Below are positions 1 to 11,463 of a stretch of 64,000 bases of DNA, piece after piece; positions within the stretch are counted from its first letter, which is position 1; every line of letters begins with the position of its first letter. A model generated the notes under the pieces. That model saw only the letters and a program-made list of their open reading frames with translations, made no database searches and was not told the DNA's origin. The DNA is taken from the NCBI GenBank assembly GCA_965262755.1, contig OZ253557.1:3296971-3360970 (forward strand). The letters are read 5' to 3'. Source of the DNA: Alphaproteobacteria bacterium. GTDB lineage: Bacteria; Pseudomonadota; Alphaproteobacteria; UBA828. The translations under genes and the position numbers were made by a program.

Positions 1-360
1 CCGGCGGCGATCGATCGGATGGGCGTGGAGGTCTTCCACGACATGCGCGCCGGCCTCGCAGGCTGCGACGTCATCATGATGCTACGCCTGCAGCAGGAGC
101 GCATGCGGGGCACCTTTGTGCCCTCCACCCGCGAGTACTTCCGATTCTACGGCCTCGACCGGGCCAAGCTCGCAGAGGCGAGGGAGGAGGCGCTGATCCT
201 CCATCCGGGCCCGATGAACCGGGGCGTCGAGATCGACAGCGAAGTCGCAGACGACATCACGCGGAGCGCCATCCTCGACCAGGTCGAGCTCGGCGTCGCC
301 GTGCGCCAGGGCTGCCTCGATGCGCTGAGCCGGAATCTCGGCCCGGCGCCGGTCTTCTGA
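1..360 (+). CDS. pyrB: aspartate carbamoyltransferase catalytic subunit, C-terminal part (5' end outside window)
   Basis: Frame is open from nt 1. It has an ATCase C-terminal-domain signature ([12 protein letters not shown]). Dihydroorotase follows 16 nt downstream. Confidence 0.85.
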   Translation, partial: PAAIDRMGVEVFHDMRAGLAGCDVIMMLRLQQERMRGTFVPSTREYFRFYGLDRAKLAEAREEALILHPGPMNRGVEIDSEVADDITRSAILDQVELGVAVRQGCLDALSRNLGPAPVF

Positions 361-375
361 TGCGGAGAACCGGCC

Positions 376-1683
<1,308 letters not shown>

Positions 1684-1694
1684 ACCGGGCCGCC

Positions 1695-2837
1695 ATGTCT
1701 TACGCCGACATCGCCACCGCCTGCCTTCGGCGCCTGCCGCCGGAGACGGCTCACAACGCGGCGCTCACCCTTCTCGGAATTGGTCTGCTGCCGGCGCCCC
1801 TGCCGCCCGCACCGGCGCTTGCGACGACGCTCTGGGGGCTGCGCTTCGCGACACCCGTGGGTCTCGCCGCCGGCTTCGACAAGGATGTTCGATGCCCCGA
1901 CGCGGCGGCACGGCTCGGCCTCGGCTTCGGCGAGGCGGGCACGGTGACGCCACGACCGCAGCCGGGCAACCCCAGGCCCCGCCTGTTCCGTCTGCGGCAA
2001 GACCGCGCCCTGATAAACCGGTACGGCTTCAACAGCGCCGGCCTGGATATCGCCGTGGAGCGGCTGGAGCAGTGGCGACGCGCGAATGGCACGCCCCGCT
2101 GCCCGCTCGGGATCAATATCGGGGTGAACAAGGACAGCGCCGATCCTGCGCGCGACTATGCTGACGGCCTCACGCGGGTGGGGGCGCTCGCCGACTATGT
2201 GGCAGTCAATGTTTCCTCACCCAACACGCCGGGGCTTCGGGCGTGGCAGACGGGCGATGCGCTCGACCGCCTGCTGGCGGCGCTCGCGGACGCCCATGCC
2301 CGACTTGACCCCGCGCCGCCCCTGCTGCTCAAGCTCGCGCCGGAGATCGATGACGAGGCCCTGGCGGCGCTGCTCGACGCCATCGACGGTGCGCCCATCG
2401 CCGGCCTCATCCTCACCAACACGACGACCGCCCGGCCGCCCGACCTCGTCTCGCGTGAGCGGGAAGAGGAGGGCGGTCTCAGCGGCCCGCCGCTCGGCCC
2501 CCGCGCGCTCGACGTGCTGCGTCGCGCCTATGCCTTGAGCGGCGGTCGCCTGCCGCTGATCGGGGTGGGCGGGATCAATTCGGTGGAGGCGGCCTACGCC
2601 CGAATCCGCGCGGGCGCGAGCCTCTTCCAGCTCTACTCCGCGCTTGTCTACCGCGGGCCGCGGCTCGTCAGCGAGATCACGCAGGGGCTCGCTCGGCTGC
2701 TCGCGGCCGACGGTTTCGCCTCCATGGCGGACGCTGTCGGCGCCGATCACCGCGCCCCGCTGCGCGCGCTCACGATGCGTCGGCGATCTCCCGCACAATG
2801 GCCCGCGCCGCGGCGAGCGGATCGGGCGCCTGCGTGA
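1695..2837 (+). CDS. pyrD: dihydroorotate dehydrogenase (quinone, class 2)
   Basis: In-frame ATG at 1695 inside the longer ORF 537..2837, whose upstream part is an off-frame shadow of pyrC. Motifs GFDKD, LGINIGVNKD and NVSSPNTPGLR. The last ~25 codons overlap the 3' end of pyrF convergently. Confidence 0.85.
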   Translation: MSYADIATACLRRLPPETAHNAALTLLGIGLLPAPLPPAPALATTLWGLRFATPVGLAAGFDKDVRCPDAAARLGLGFGEAGTVTPRPQPGNPRPRLFRLRQDRALINRYGFNSAGLDIAVERLEQWRRANGTPRCPLGINIGVNKDSADPARDYADGLTRVGALADYVAVNVSSPNTPGLRAWQTGDALDRLLAALADAHARLDPAPPLLLKLAPEIDDEALAALLDAIDGAPIAGLILTNTTTARPPDLVSREREEEGGLSGPPLGPRALDVLRRAYALSGGRLPLIGVGGINSVEAAYARIRAGASLFQLYSALVYRGPRLVSEITQGLARLLAADGFASMADAVGADHRAPLRALTMRRRSPAQWPAPRRADRAPA

Positions 2838-3495
2838 TCGGGCGGCCCACGACGAGCGCCGTCGCGCCGGCTCGCGCGGCTTCGGCCGGCGTCGCGACCC
2901 GCGCTTGATCGGCCTTGCCGCTGCCGTCGCCGCTTGCCGGGCGGATGCCGGGGACAACGATATCGAAGCCCGCCCCATGTTGGGCGCGCAGCGCCGCAAT
3001 CTCGTGCGGGCTCGCGATCACGCCCGCCAGCCCCGCCCCGTGGGCCAGCCCGGCGAGGCGCAGCACCTGATTGTGCGCCGTGCCGCCGATGCCCTGGCGC
3101 GCGAGTTCCGCCTCGTCGAGGCTGGTGAGCACGGTCACGCCGAGCAGGCGCGGTGGGGCGATGTGTTGGCGCGCGGCTTCTTCTTCCGCAGCCTCGCGCG
3201 CCGCCCGCATCATGGCGAGCCCGCCGGCGGTGTGGATGGTGAGATAGTGCGGCTCTAGCGCCACCACGCTGCGCACGGCACCCGCCACCGTGTTAGGGAT
3301 GTCGTGCAGCTTGAGGTCGAGGAAGAGCGGACGCCCCGCCGCGCCCACTGCGCCGATGCCCTCCGGACCATGAGCGCAGAAATATTCGAGGCCGAGCTTG
3401 AGCCCGCCCACCGCCGGCGCGAGCAGGCCTGCCAAGCGCTCGACCGTGGGCCGGTCGCGCGCATCGAGGGCGCAATAGAGAGAGACGTTCGGCAT
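2770..3495 (-). CDS. pyrF: orotidine 5'-phosphate decarboxylase
   Basis: 241 aa with the motifs LDLKLHDIPNT and LTSL. Confidence 0.9.
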   Translation of the reverse strand: MPNVSLYCALDARDRPTVERLAGLLAPAVGGLKLGLEYFCAHGPEGIGAVGAAGRPLFLDLKLHDIPNTVAGAVRSVVALEPHYLTIHTAGGLAMMRAAREAAEEEAARQHIAPPRLLGVTVLTSLDEAELARQGIGGTAHNQVLRLAGLAHGAGLAGVIASPHEIAALRAQHGAGFDIVVPGIRPASGDGSGKADQARVATPAEAARAGATALVVGRPITQAPDPLAAARAIVREIADAS

Positions 3496-3614
3496 CGATA
3501 CTCCAGTGCCCGGCGGGCTCGGATTGCGTTCGCGCGCTCCCGTCCGGCTCTCAATAGTTTACTCTCCGGTGCAAGGGGAAACGACCGGAGACGGGAACAG
3601 GAGAGGGGGCTCAG

Positions 3615-4253
3615 ATGAGCGGAACGGCGGATGAAATTGCGGCGGTCTTGCTCGATACCGGCGCCTTTCTGGTACGCCCCGAGGCGCCGTTCCGTCTGAC
3701 CTCGGGGCTCTATGCGCCGTTCTACGTTAACTGTCGGCTGATCCTGTCGCGGCCCGAGGCTCGCTCCAGGGCAGCGGCGGCGCTGGCGGACACCGTGCCG
3801 CAGCCCGGCGCCACGGTCATCGCCGGCGGCGTCACCGCAGGCGTTCCCTTCGCCACCCTCGTCGCGGACCGGCTGGGACTACCTATGGTCTATGTCCGGG
3901 CCGAGGCCAAGGCGCACGGTACCGCAGGGCGTATCGAGGGCGGCAGCGTCGCCGGTGAGCGCATCCATCTGATCGAGGACCTGATCTCCACCGCCGGCAG
4001 TATCCTCGCCTTCACGCAAGCGCTGCGCGCCGCCGGCGCGGAAGTCGAGGGCGTCAGCGTGCTGTTCTCGCGCGCGAGCGCGTCGGCACGGCAGGCGCTG
4101 GAGGAAGCCGGGCTCACGCTCACCACTATTTGCGATCTCGACACACTGCTCGCAGTGGCGCTCGGCAGCGGGCGCATCGACGAGGGGGAGCTCGGCGAGA
4201 TCCGGGCCTTCCTCGCCGATCCCGAAGGCTGGTCCGCCCGCCATTCGACTTAG
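3615..4253 (+). CDS. pyrE: orotate phosphoribosyltransferase
   Basis: 212 aa with a PRPP-binding loop (IHLIEDLISTAGS). A GGAGAGGGGG RBS lies upstream of the ATG. Confidence 0.85.
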   Translation: MSGTADEIAAVLLDTGAFLVRPEAPFRLTSGLYAPFYVNCRLILSRPEARSRAAAALADTVPQPGATVIAGGVTAGVPFATLVADRLGLPMVYVRAEAKAHGTAGRIEGGSVAGERIHLIEDLISTAGSILAFTQALRAAGAEVEGVSVLFSRASASARQALEEAGLTLTTICDLDTLLAVALGSGRIDEGELGEIRAFLADPEGWSARHST

Positions 4254-4264
4254 ACGGAGGGCGG

Positions 4265-5620
4265 TCAGAAGTCTATGGCGCGTCCCTTGCGCTCCCAATC
4301 GCCGTAGCGGGTGGGTTCCGGTCCCGCCGGGCCACCCGTCTCGGCAATGGATTCGATACGCTCTTCGGCGCCGTCCTTGGCGGTGTCGTCGGCCCCGTTT
4401 CCGGACAGAGTGGCCGCCGCTGCCGCTGTAAGCTCTCGTGCCGCCTTGCCGGGCCGCGCCAGCACGTCCGGTCCGATCGAGGCGATGTCGGCGAGACCGC
4501 AGAGCCCCATGGTGAGGTCGAGCTCGCGGCGGAAGATGTCGAACACGTGGGCCACGCCTGCCTCTCCGGCGACCGTGAGGCCCCAGAACTGCGCCCGGCC
4601 GATCGTGCAGCAGTCCGCACCCAGCGCCAGCGCCTTGACGATGTGGGTGCCCCGCCTGATCCCGCCGTCGAGCAGCACCGCGGCGCGGCCCGCCACCGCA
4701 TCGGCGACGCGCGGCAGCGCGTCGAACGCGCTTACCACACCGTCGAGCTGGCGCCCGCCGTGGTTGGAGACGAACACCCCGTCCACGCCGTTCGCCACCG
4801 CTTCGGCGGCGTCGGCGGGGTGAAGCACGCCCTTGAGCAGGAGCGGTCCTTTCCACACGGAGCGCAGTGCCGCGATGTCGTCCCACTGCATGCCCTGATC
4901 CGGCAGCGTCAACATTCGCTCGTGGAGGGTGGTGAGGTCGTTGGCGTCTCCGGGCCTGCGGTAGTTGCCGAAGGTGATGTTCGGAATGGTGCGCCGCATG
5001 CGGAACAGCCAGCGCAGCTTGAACGCCATGTTGGCGATCTCGCCGGCCGAGAAGCGGGGCGGGATGACGAAGCCGTTGCGGATGTCGCGCTCGCGGTTGC
5101 CGATAATTTGCGTGTCGATTGTGACGATCAGGGCCTCGTAGCCTGCCGCCGCCGCGCGCTCCGCCATCTCGTGGGTGAGCCCGCGGTCAGTGTAAATGTA
5201 GGTTTGGAACCAGCGAGGCTCGACGCCGGTCTCGGCCAGCTCTTCGAGTGTGCAGATCGAGCCGTGGCTGAGGCAATAGACGGAGCCGGCCTTGGTTGCC
5301 GCGCGTGCCGAAGCGGCCTCGCCCTCCGGCCAAAGCAGGCCGGCGAGCCCCGTGGGTGGGACAATGAGCGGCATGGACAGCCGTCGGCCGAAGAGCGTGG
5401 TCGAGAGATCGCGGCTCGCCGTTCCGCCGATGGGGCGCGGATAGAGCGCCACCGAGTCGAACGCGGATACGTTTCGGCGTAGCGTGTGCTCGTCGCCGGC
5501 GCCGCCATCGACGAAGTCGAACACCGGGCGCGGCAGCACGCGCCGAGCCTCGTCCCGGAGCGCCGCGATGTTGTAAGCCCGCCGCTTCCAGCGGGGTTGG
5601 CGTTCGCTCGCCATCCTCAT
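4265..5620 (-). CDS. FMN-dependent alpha-hydroxy-acid dehydrogenase (LldD/glycolate-oxidase family) with an in-frame C-terminal DUF1674/SDHAF4-like module
   Basis: 451 aa. The body has the SNHGGRQLD motif and an LldD-like N-terminus ([28 protein letters not shown]). The last ~65 aa end in [23 protein letters not shown], the DUF1674/SDHAF4 signature. Confidence 0.8.
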   Translation of the reverse strand: [451 protein letters not shown]

Positions 5621-5809
5621 CCTCGTCGTTACGGCGCGCCAGTATAGGCGGGGAGCGCCGCGCGCGCATGGCCGCTCGAACGATTCGGCTCAGCCGGCTC
5701 GCTTGACCCGCTTCGATCCGGGTAAGACACTGCCCCGCCGCCAGTGCGAGGCGGCAGAGACGCAACGACCAGGCGCGGCCGCCGGGCCGCCAGAGCGAGC
5801 GGACGGCCC

Positions 5810-7888
5810 ATGAAGTTGATCGGCGTCGATGTCGGCGGCACCTTTACCGATCTCATCATCAGCGATAGCGAGACGCGCGAGAGCGCGATTCACAAGGTGC
5901 CCACCACGCCGGACGATCCGTCGGAGGGCGCCGCGGCGGGTATCGCCGCGCTCTGCGAGCGGAGCGGCACGGCACCCGACGCAATCGCCCACGTTTTCCA
6001 CGGCACCACGATCTCGACCAACGCGGTGCTCCAGTACGATGGCGCCGAGACTGGCATGATCACCTCGGCCGGCTACCGCGACATCATCCACATCGGCCGC
6101 CACCAGCGGCCGCAGAACTACTCCATCATGCAGGACATCCCGTGGCAGGCGCGTCCGCTCGTGCGTCGCCGCCACCGCCTCACCGTGCGGGAGAGGCGGG
6201 TGCCGCCGCAGGGTGCCGTGCTGGAGCCGCTGGACGAAGAGGGCGTGCGCCAGGCCGCCCGCACGCTCCGCGAGAAAGGCGTGGAGGCGGTCGCCATCTG
6301 CTTCCTCTTCGCCTACATCGACCCCACGCACGAGGAGCGGGCGCGCGCCATTGTGCTGGAGGAATGGCCGGAAGCCTTCGTCACCACATCGGCCCGGGTC
6401 GCGCCGCAGTTCCGCGAGTTCGAGCGCTTTACGACGGCGGCGATGAACGCCTTCATCGGCCCCAAGGTGCGCAACTACGTGCGCCGCTTCGAGGACCGGT
6501 TGAAGCAGGCGGGCGTCGCGGGCGATCTCCACATCATGGGGTCGAACGGCGGCGTCGCGACTGCCGCGATGGTGGCGGACGTGCCGGTCATCACGCTCAT
6601 GTCGGGCCCTGCCGCCGGTGTGCTGGGTGGCGCCTGGGCGGCGGAGCACTCCGGGCGCCGGCGCCTCATTACCTTCGACGTGGGCGGCACCAGCGCCGAC
6701 ATCGGCATCGTGATCGACGGCCACTACAACGAGGCTACCGCGCGCGATACCTGGATCGGCGGCTACCCGGTGCTGGTGCCCATGATCGACATCACAACCA
6801 TCGGTGCCGGCGGCGGCAGCATCGCGCGCATCGACGCGGGCGGCGCCTTCAAGGTAGGGCCCGAGAGCGCGGGCTCCGAGCCCGGCCCCGCCTGCTACGG
6901 CCGGGGCGGCAGCGCGCCGACGGTGACCGACGCCAACATCGTGCTCGGCCGGCTGGACGCGGACAACTTTCTCGGTGGCGAGATGACGCTTGCGCCGGAA
7001 CGCGCCGACAAGGCGCTCACGGACCTCGCGGAGACACTCGGCATCGACAAGCACGAGGCCGCCGAGGGTGTGCTCACCATCGTCAACGCCAACATGGCGA
7101 ACGCCATCCGCTCCAAGACGGTGCAGAAGGGACTGGACCCACGCGAATTCTCGCTGGTCGCCTTCGGCGGCGCCGGCCCGCTGCATGGCGCCGAGGTCGC
7201 GGCGATGCTCGACGTGCCCGAGGTCCTGGTGCCGCCTCATCCCGGCATCACGTCGGCGGCGGGCCTGCTCACCACCGACCTCAAGTACGACCAGATCATG
7301 ACCGCCTTCCAGGTCAAGGGAGGGGTGGATATCGAGCGGATCAACCGTGATTTTGCGCGGCTGAGCCGTGACCTCCTGGCTCAGTACGAGGCTGCCGGGC
7401 TTGGCGCAGACCGGGTGGAGGAGAGGCGCGCCGGCGACCTGCGCTATGTCGGCCAAGGCTACGAGCTGCGCGTGTCGTTCCCGACGGACGGGTTGGACGA
7501 GGCCGGGCTGGAGGAGGTCTGGCAGGCTTTCCATGCGTTGCACGAGCAGGAATACGGCCACTGCTTCACGGAGAGCCCCATCGAGATCGTGAACATCCGC
7601 ATCACCGGGGTTGGCCGCATGCCGAAGATCGCGGCACCGCCGGAGCCCACCGGCGGGTCGTTGGAGGAGGCACGGGTCAAGACCGCGCGCTCGGTCTTCC
7701 GCGTGGACGGCGCGCTCGAAGGCTATGACACGGCTTTCTACCGGCGGGACGCGCTGCCGGTGGATGCGCCGATCCCCGGCCCCGCGATTATCGTGCAAAC
7801 GGACGCCACCACCGTGGTTCCGCCCGGCTGGTCGGTGCGCGTGGACAAGAGCGCGAACCTCATCCTGCGCCTGGGCGAGGAGGATTGA
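5810..7888 (+). CDS. hyuA: hydantoinase/oxoprolinase A subunit (HyuA family)
   Basis: Starts MKLIGVDVGGTFTDL (ASKHA-type ATPase fold N-terminus) at an in-frame ATG inside ORF 5744..7888. 692 aa. Confidence 0.85.
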   Translation: MKLIGVDVGGTFTDLIISDSETRESAIHKVPTTPDDPSEGAAAGIAALCERSGTAPDAIAHVFHGTTISTNAVLQYDGAETGMITSAGYRDIIHIGRHQRPQNYSIMQDIPWQARPLVRRRHRLTVRERRVPPQGAVLEPLDEEGVRQAARTLREKGVEAVAICFLFAYIDPTHEERARAIVLEEWPEAFVTTSARVAPQFREFERFTTAAMNAFIGPKVRNYVRRFEDRLKQAGVAGDLHIMGSNGGVATAAMVADVPVITLMSGPAAGVLGGAWAAEHSGRRRLITFDVGGTSADIGIVIDGHYNEATARDTWIGGYPVLVPMIDITTIGAGGGSIARIDAGGAFKVGPESAGSEPGPACYGRGGSAPTVTDANIVLGRLDADNFLGGEMTLAPERADKALTDLAETLGIDKHEAAEGVLTIVNANMANAIRSKTVQKGLDPREFSLVAFGGAGPLHGAEVAAMLDVPEVLVPPHPGITSAAGLLTTDLKYDQIMTAFQVKGGVDIERINRDFARLSRDLLAQYEAAGLGADRVEERRAGDLRYVGQGYELRVSFPTDGLDEAGLEEVWQAFHALHEQEYGHCFTESPIEIVNIRITGVGRMPKIAAPPEPTGGSLEEARVKTARSVFRVDGALEGYDTAFYRRDALPVDAPIPGPAIIVQTDATTVVPPGWSVRVDKSANLILRLGEED

Positions 7889-7891
7889 GCC

Positions 7892-9670
7892 ATGGCAGAG
7901 ACGCCGAACCGCCGCCCCATCGACGCCGTCACCGCCAGCGTGATCCAGGGCGCACTGGAGAGCATCGCGGTCGAGATGGGCTGGAAGCTCATGCGCATGT
8001 CGTATTCGTCCATCATCCGCGAGTCCGAGGATTTCGGGGCGGCGATCATCGACCGCCACGGCCGTCAGCTCTGCGAATCGGTGCACTCGACGCCGCTCCA
8101 ATCGGGGCCGATCCCGGGCTACGTGAAGGGGATGAACCAGATTCTCGAGGAGCGCGGCCAGACCCTCCATGAGGGCGACGTGATCATCCACAACTCCGCC
8201 TATCACGGCGCAAGCCACGGGCCGGACGTAGCCTTCATCGTGCCGGTCTTCCGCGACGGCGCGCTGGTCGGCTATGCCGTCACCACGGCGCATCATCTCG
8301 ATATCGGCGCGCTCAGCCCCGGCAGCTGCGGCATCGTCGATGCGATGGACGCCTATGCCGAGGGCCTCCAGTTCAAGGCGCTCAAGGCCTACGACAGGGG
8401 CGTTGCGAACGAGGCGCTCTGGCACATGATGCGCGACAACATCCGCGCGCCGGACATGGTAGTTGGCGACATGGAGGCGCAGGTCGCGGCCAGCCGGATC
8501 GGTGCCGAGCGCTACCTCGCGCTCATCGAGCGCCACGGGCTCGATACGGTCGAGGCGGCGGCCGATGCGCTCATGGACTATTCCGAGCGGCTCATGCGCC
8601 AGGCGATCGAGGCGCTGCCCGATGGCACCTACCGGGCCGAAGGCCACGTGGACGGCTTCCTCGACGACCCCGACCGGCGCCACTTCAAGATCGCCGTGGC
8701 CGTCACCGTGAAGGGCAGCGAACTGGTGGTGGACCTCGACGGCACCGCGCGGCAGTGCGACGACCGGCCCATCAACATGCCGCTCGAAGGCACGGTCGAT
8801 TGCGCGATCTGGCTGACGGTCCGCTCGATCCTCCTCGACAGCGAGACTTTCGGCCACATCCCGCAGAACTCAGGCCTGATCCGCCCCATCACCATCAAGG
8901 CGCCGGAAGGAACGATCGCCAATCCCACCTTCCCGGCGCCCACCATCGCGCGCTTCGTCTCCGGCAACATCGTTGCTGACACGCTGATGAAGGCGCTGGC
9001 CCAGGCGGTGCCCGATAAGGTCTCCGCCGGCGTCGGCAACCTTAAGGTGGTGGCGTTCTCGGGTATCAAAGACGGCGGCCACTGGGTGCACATGGACATC
9101 CACGAGGGTAGCTACGGCGGTCGCGCCGGCAAGGACGGGATGGACGCTGTCGATACCCTCTACGCCAACACCCGCAACAACCCGATCGAGGATATCGAGT
9201 CCCACCTGCCGCTCCGCATCCGGCGCTATGAGCTGCGCGACGACGCGTCCGCGGCCGGGCGCTGGCGCGGCGGCATCGGCTCTATCCGCCAAGTATCCTT
9301 CCTCGCCGACAGCTCTATTTCGGTCGAAGGCGACGGCCACGCCTTCCGCCCCTGGGGCTTCGAGGGCGGCGCCGAGGGGAGCGCGGCGGCGCTGGTCTAT
9401 CACCGAGCCGACGGCGAAGATATTTCCTTTCCCTCGATGATGCCGAACCGCGCGGTCAAGGCCGGCGAGAGCCTCACACTCACCGGCACCTGCGGCGGCG
9501 GCTATGGCGAGGCCGCCGAGCGTTCGCCGGTCGACGTGGCGGAAGACGTGCGCGACGGCTACATCTCGCGCCGGACGGCCGAGAGCGCCTATGGCGTCGT
9601 CGTCACCGAGGCAGGCGAGCTCGACCATGCGGCCACCGAGGCCCGACGCGTGGCGGCGATGGCGGAATAG
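7892..9670 (+). CDS. hyuB: hydantoinase/oxoprolinase B subunit (HyuB family), copy 1
   Basis: 592 aa with a HyuB-type N-terminus (DAVTASVIQGALESIAVEMG). Begins 4 nt after the hyuA stop. Confidence 0.85.
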   Translation: MAETPNRRPIDAVTASVIQGALESIAVEMGWKLMRMSYSSIIRESEDFGAAIIDRHGRQLCESVHSTPLQSGPIPGYVKGMNQILEERGQTLHEGDVIIHNSAYHGASHGPDVAFIVPVFRDGALVGYAVTTAHHLDIGALSPGSCGIVDAMDAYAEGLQFKALKAYDRGVANEALWHMMRDNIRAPDMVVGDMEAQVAASRIGAERYLALIERHGLDTVEAAADALMDYSERLMRQAIEALPDGTYRAEGHVDGFLDDPDRRHFKIAVAVTVKGSELVVDLDGTARQCDDRPINMPLEGTVDCAIWLTVRSILLDSETFGHIPQNSGLIRPITIKAPEGTIANPTFPAPTIARFVSGNIVADTLMKALAQAVPDKVSAGVGNLKVVAFSGIKDGGHWVHMDIHEGSYGGRAGKDGMDAVDTLYANTRNNPIEDIESHLPLRIRRYELRDDASAAGRWRGGIGSIRQVSFLADSSISVEGDGHAFRPWGFEGGAEGSAAALVYHRADGEDISFPSMMPNRAVKAGESLTLTGTCGGGYGEAAERSPVDVAEDVRDGYISRRTAESAYGVVVTEAGELDHAATEARRVAAMAE

Positions 9671-9673
9671 ATC

Positions 9674-11452
9674 ATGGCAGAGACGCCGAACCGCCGCCCC
9701 ATCGACGCTGTCACCGCCAGCGTGATCCAGGGCGCGCTGGAGAGCATTGCGGTCGAGATGGGCTGGAAGCTCATGCGCATGTCGTACTCCTCGATCATCC
9801 GCGAATCCGAGGACTTCGGGGCGGCGATCATCGACCGCCACGGCCGCCAGCTCTGCGAATCGAAGCATTCGACGCCACTGCAGTCGGGACCGATCCCCGG
9901 CTACGTGAAGGGCATGAACCAGATTCTGGAGGAGCGAGGCCAGACCCTCCATGAGGGTGATGTCATCATTCACAACTCCGCCTATCACGGCGCGAGCCAC
10001 GGGCCGGACGTGGCCTTCATCGTGCCGGTCTTCCGCGAGGGCGCGCTGGTCGGCTATGCCGTCACCACCGCGCATCATCTCGATATCGGTGCGCTCAGCC
10101 CCGGTAGCTGCGGCATCGTCGATGCCATGGACGCCTATGCCGAGGGCCTCCAGTTCAAGGCGCTCAAGGCCTACGACAAAGGCATCGCGAACGAGGCGCT
10201 CTGGCACATGATGCGCGACAACATCCGTGCTTCGGACATGGTTGTGGGCGACATGGAAGCGCAGGTCGCGGCCAGCCGCATCGGCGCCGAGCGCTACTTC
10301 GCGCTCATCGAGCGGCACGGGCTCGACACGATCGATGCGGCGGCCGATGCGCTCATGGACAACTCCGAGCGGCTCATGCGCCAGGCGATCGAGGCGCTGC
10401 CCGACGGCACCTACCGGGCCGAGGGTCATGTGGACGGCTTCCTCGACGACCCGGACCGGCGCCACTTCAAGATCGCCGTTGCCGCTACGGTCAAGGGCAG
10501 CGACCTGGTGGTGGACCTCGCCGGCACGTCTGCGCAGTGCGACGATCGGCCCATCAACATGCCGCTCGAAGGCACGGTCGATTGCGCGATCTGGTTGACC
10601 GCTCGCTCAATCCTGTTGGACAGCGAGGTCTTCGGCGAAATTCCGCAGAACTCAGGCCTGATCCGCCCCATCACCATCAAGGCGCCGGAAGGCACGATCG
10701 CCAATCCCACCTTCCCGGCGCCCACCATCGCGCGCGCCGTCTCCGGCAACATGGTCGCCGACACGCTGATGAGGGCACTGGCCCAGGCGGTGCCGGACAA
10801 GGTCTCGGCCGGCGTCGGCAACCTCAAAGTGGTGGCGTTCTCCGGTATCAAGGACGGCGGCCACTGGGTGCACATGGACATCCACGAGGGCAGCTATGGC
10901 GGCCGTGCCGGCAAGGACGGGATGGACGCGGTGGACACCCTCTACGCCAACACGCGCAACAACCCGATCGAGGACATCGAGTCTCACTTGCCGCTCCGCA
11001 TCCAGCGCTACGAACTGCGCGACGACGCGTCCGCGGCCGGCCGCTGGCGCGGCGGCATCGGGTCCATCCGCGAAGTCTCCTTCCTCGCCGACAGCTTCAT
11101 CGCGGTCGAAGGCGACGGCCACGCCTTCCGCCCTTGGGGCTTCGACGGCGGCGCGCAGGGACGCGAGGCGACCCTGGTCTATCACCGCTCCGACGGCGAA
11201 GATATTTCCTTTCCCTCGATGATGCCGAACCGCGCGGTCAAGGCCGGCGAGAGCCTGACGCTCACCGGCACCTGCGGCGGCGGCTACGGCGAGGCCGCCG
11301 AGCGCCCGCCCGCGGCGGTCGCCGAAGACGTGCGCGACGGTTACATCTCGCGCCAGACGGCCGAGAGCGCCTATGGTGTCGTCGTCACCGAGACAGGTGA
11401 GCTTGACGCCGCGGCCACCGAGGCCCGGCGCGCCTCTGCAAGTGCGGGGTGA
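9674..11452 (+). CDS. hyuB: hydantoinase/oxoprolinase B subunit (HyuB family), copy 2 (tandem paralogue)
   Basis: 592 aa, colinear with copy 1 without indels. I counted about 40 substitutions by eye. Confidence 0.85.
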   Translation: MAETPNRRPIDAVTASVIQGALESIAVEMGWKLMRMSYSSIIRESEDFGAAIIDRHGRQLCESKHSTPLQSGPIPGYVKGMNQILEERGQTLHEGDVIIHNSAYHGASHGPDVAFIVPVFREGALVGYAVTTAHHLDIGALSPGSCGIVDAMDAYAEGLQFKALKAYDKGIANEALWHMMRDNIRASDMVVGDMEAQVAASRIGAERYFALIERHGLDTIDAAADALMDNSERLMRQAIEALPDGTYRAEGHVDGFLDDPDRRHFKIAVAATVKGSDLVVDLAGTSAQCDDRPINMPLEGTVDCAIWLTARSILLDSEVFGEIPQNSGLIRPITIKAPEGTIANPTFPAPTIARAVSGNMVADTLMRALAQAVPDKVSAGVGNLKVVAFSGIKDGGHWVHMDIHEGSYGGRAGKDGMDAVDTLYANTRNNPIEDIESHLPLRIQRYELRDDASAAGRWRGGIGSIREVSFLADSFIAVEGDGHAFRPWGFDGGAQGREATLVYHRSDGEDISFPSMMPNRAVKAGESLTLTGTCGGGYGEAAERPPAAVAEDVRDGYISRQTAESAYGVVVTETGELDAAATEARRASASAG

Positions 11453-11463
11453 AGGAAAATTGG

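Noticed and set aside
5690-8857. 1055-aa ORF on the minus strand (and similar ones at 8870..10465, 10652..11569 and 4130..5482+).
   Set aside because: They are antisense or off-frame shadows of hyuA/hyuB/FMN-dehydrogenase. This is typical of high-GC DNA. The translations are Arg/Ala/Gly/His-rich with no motifs, whereas the opposite-strand genes have clear family signatures.
7892-11452. The hyuB duplication as an assembly artefact.
   Set aside because: The two copies differ at about 40 amino-acid positions and at their C-termini, and each has its own start and stop context. They are distinct loci.
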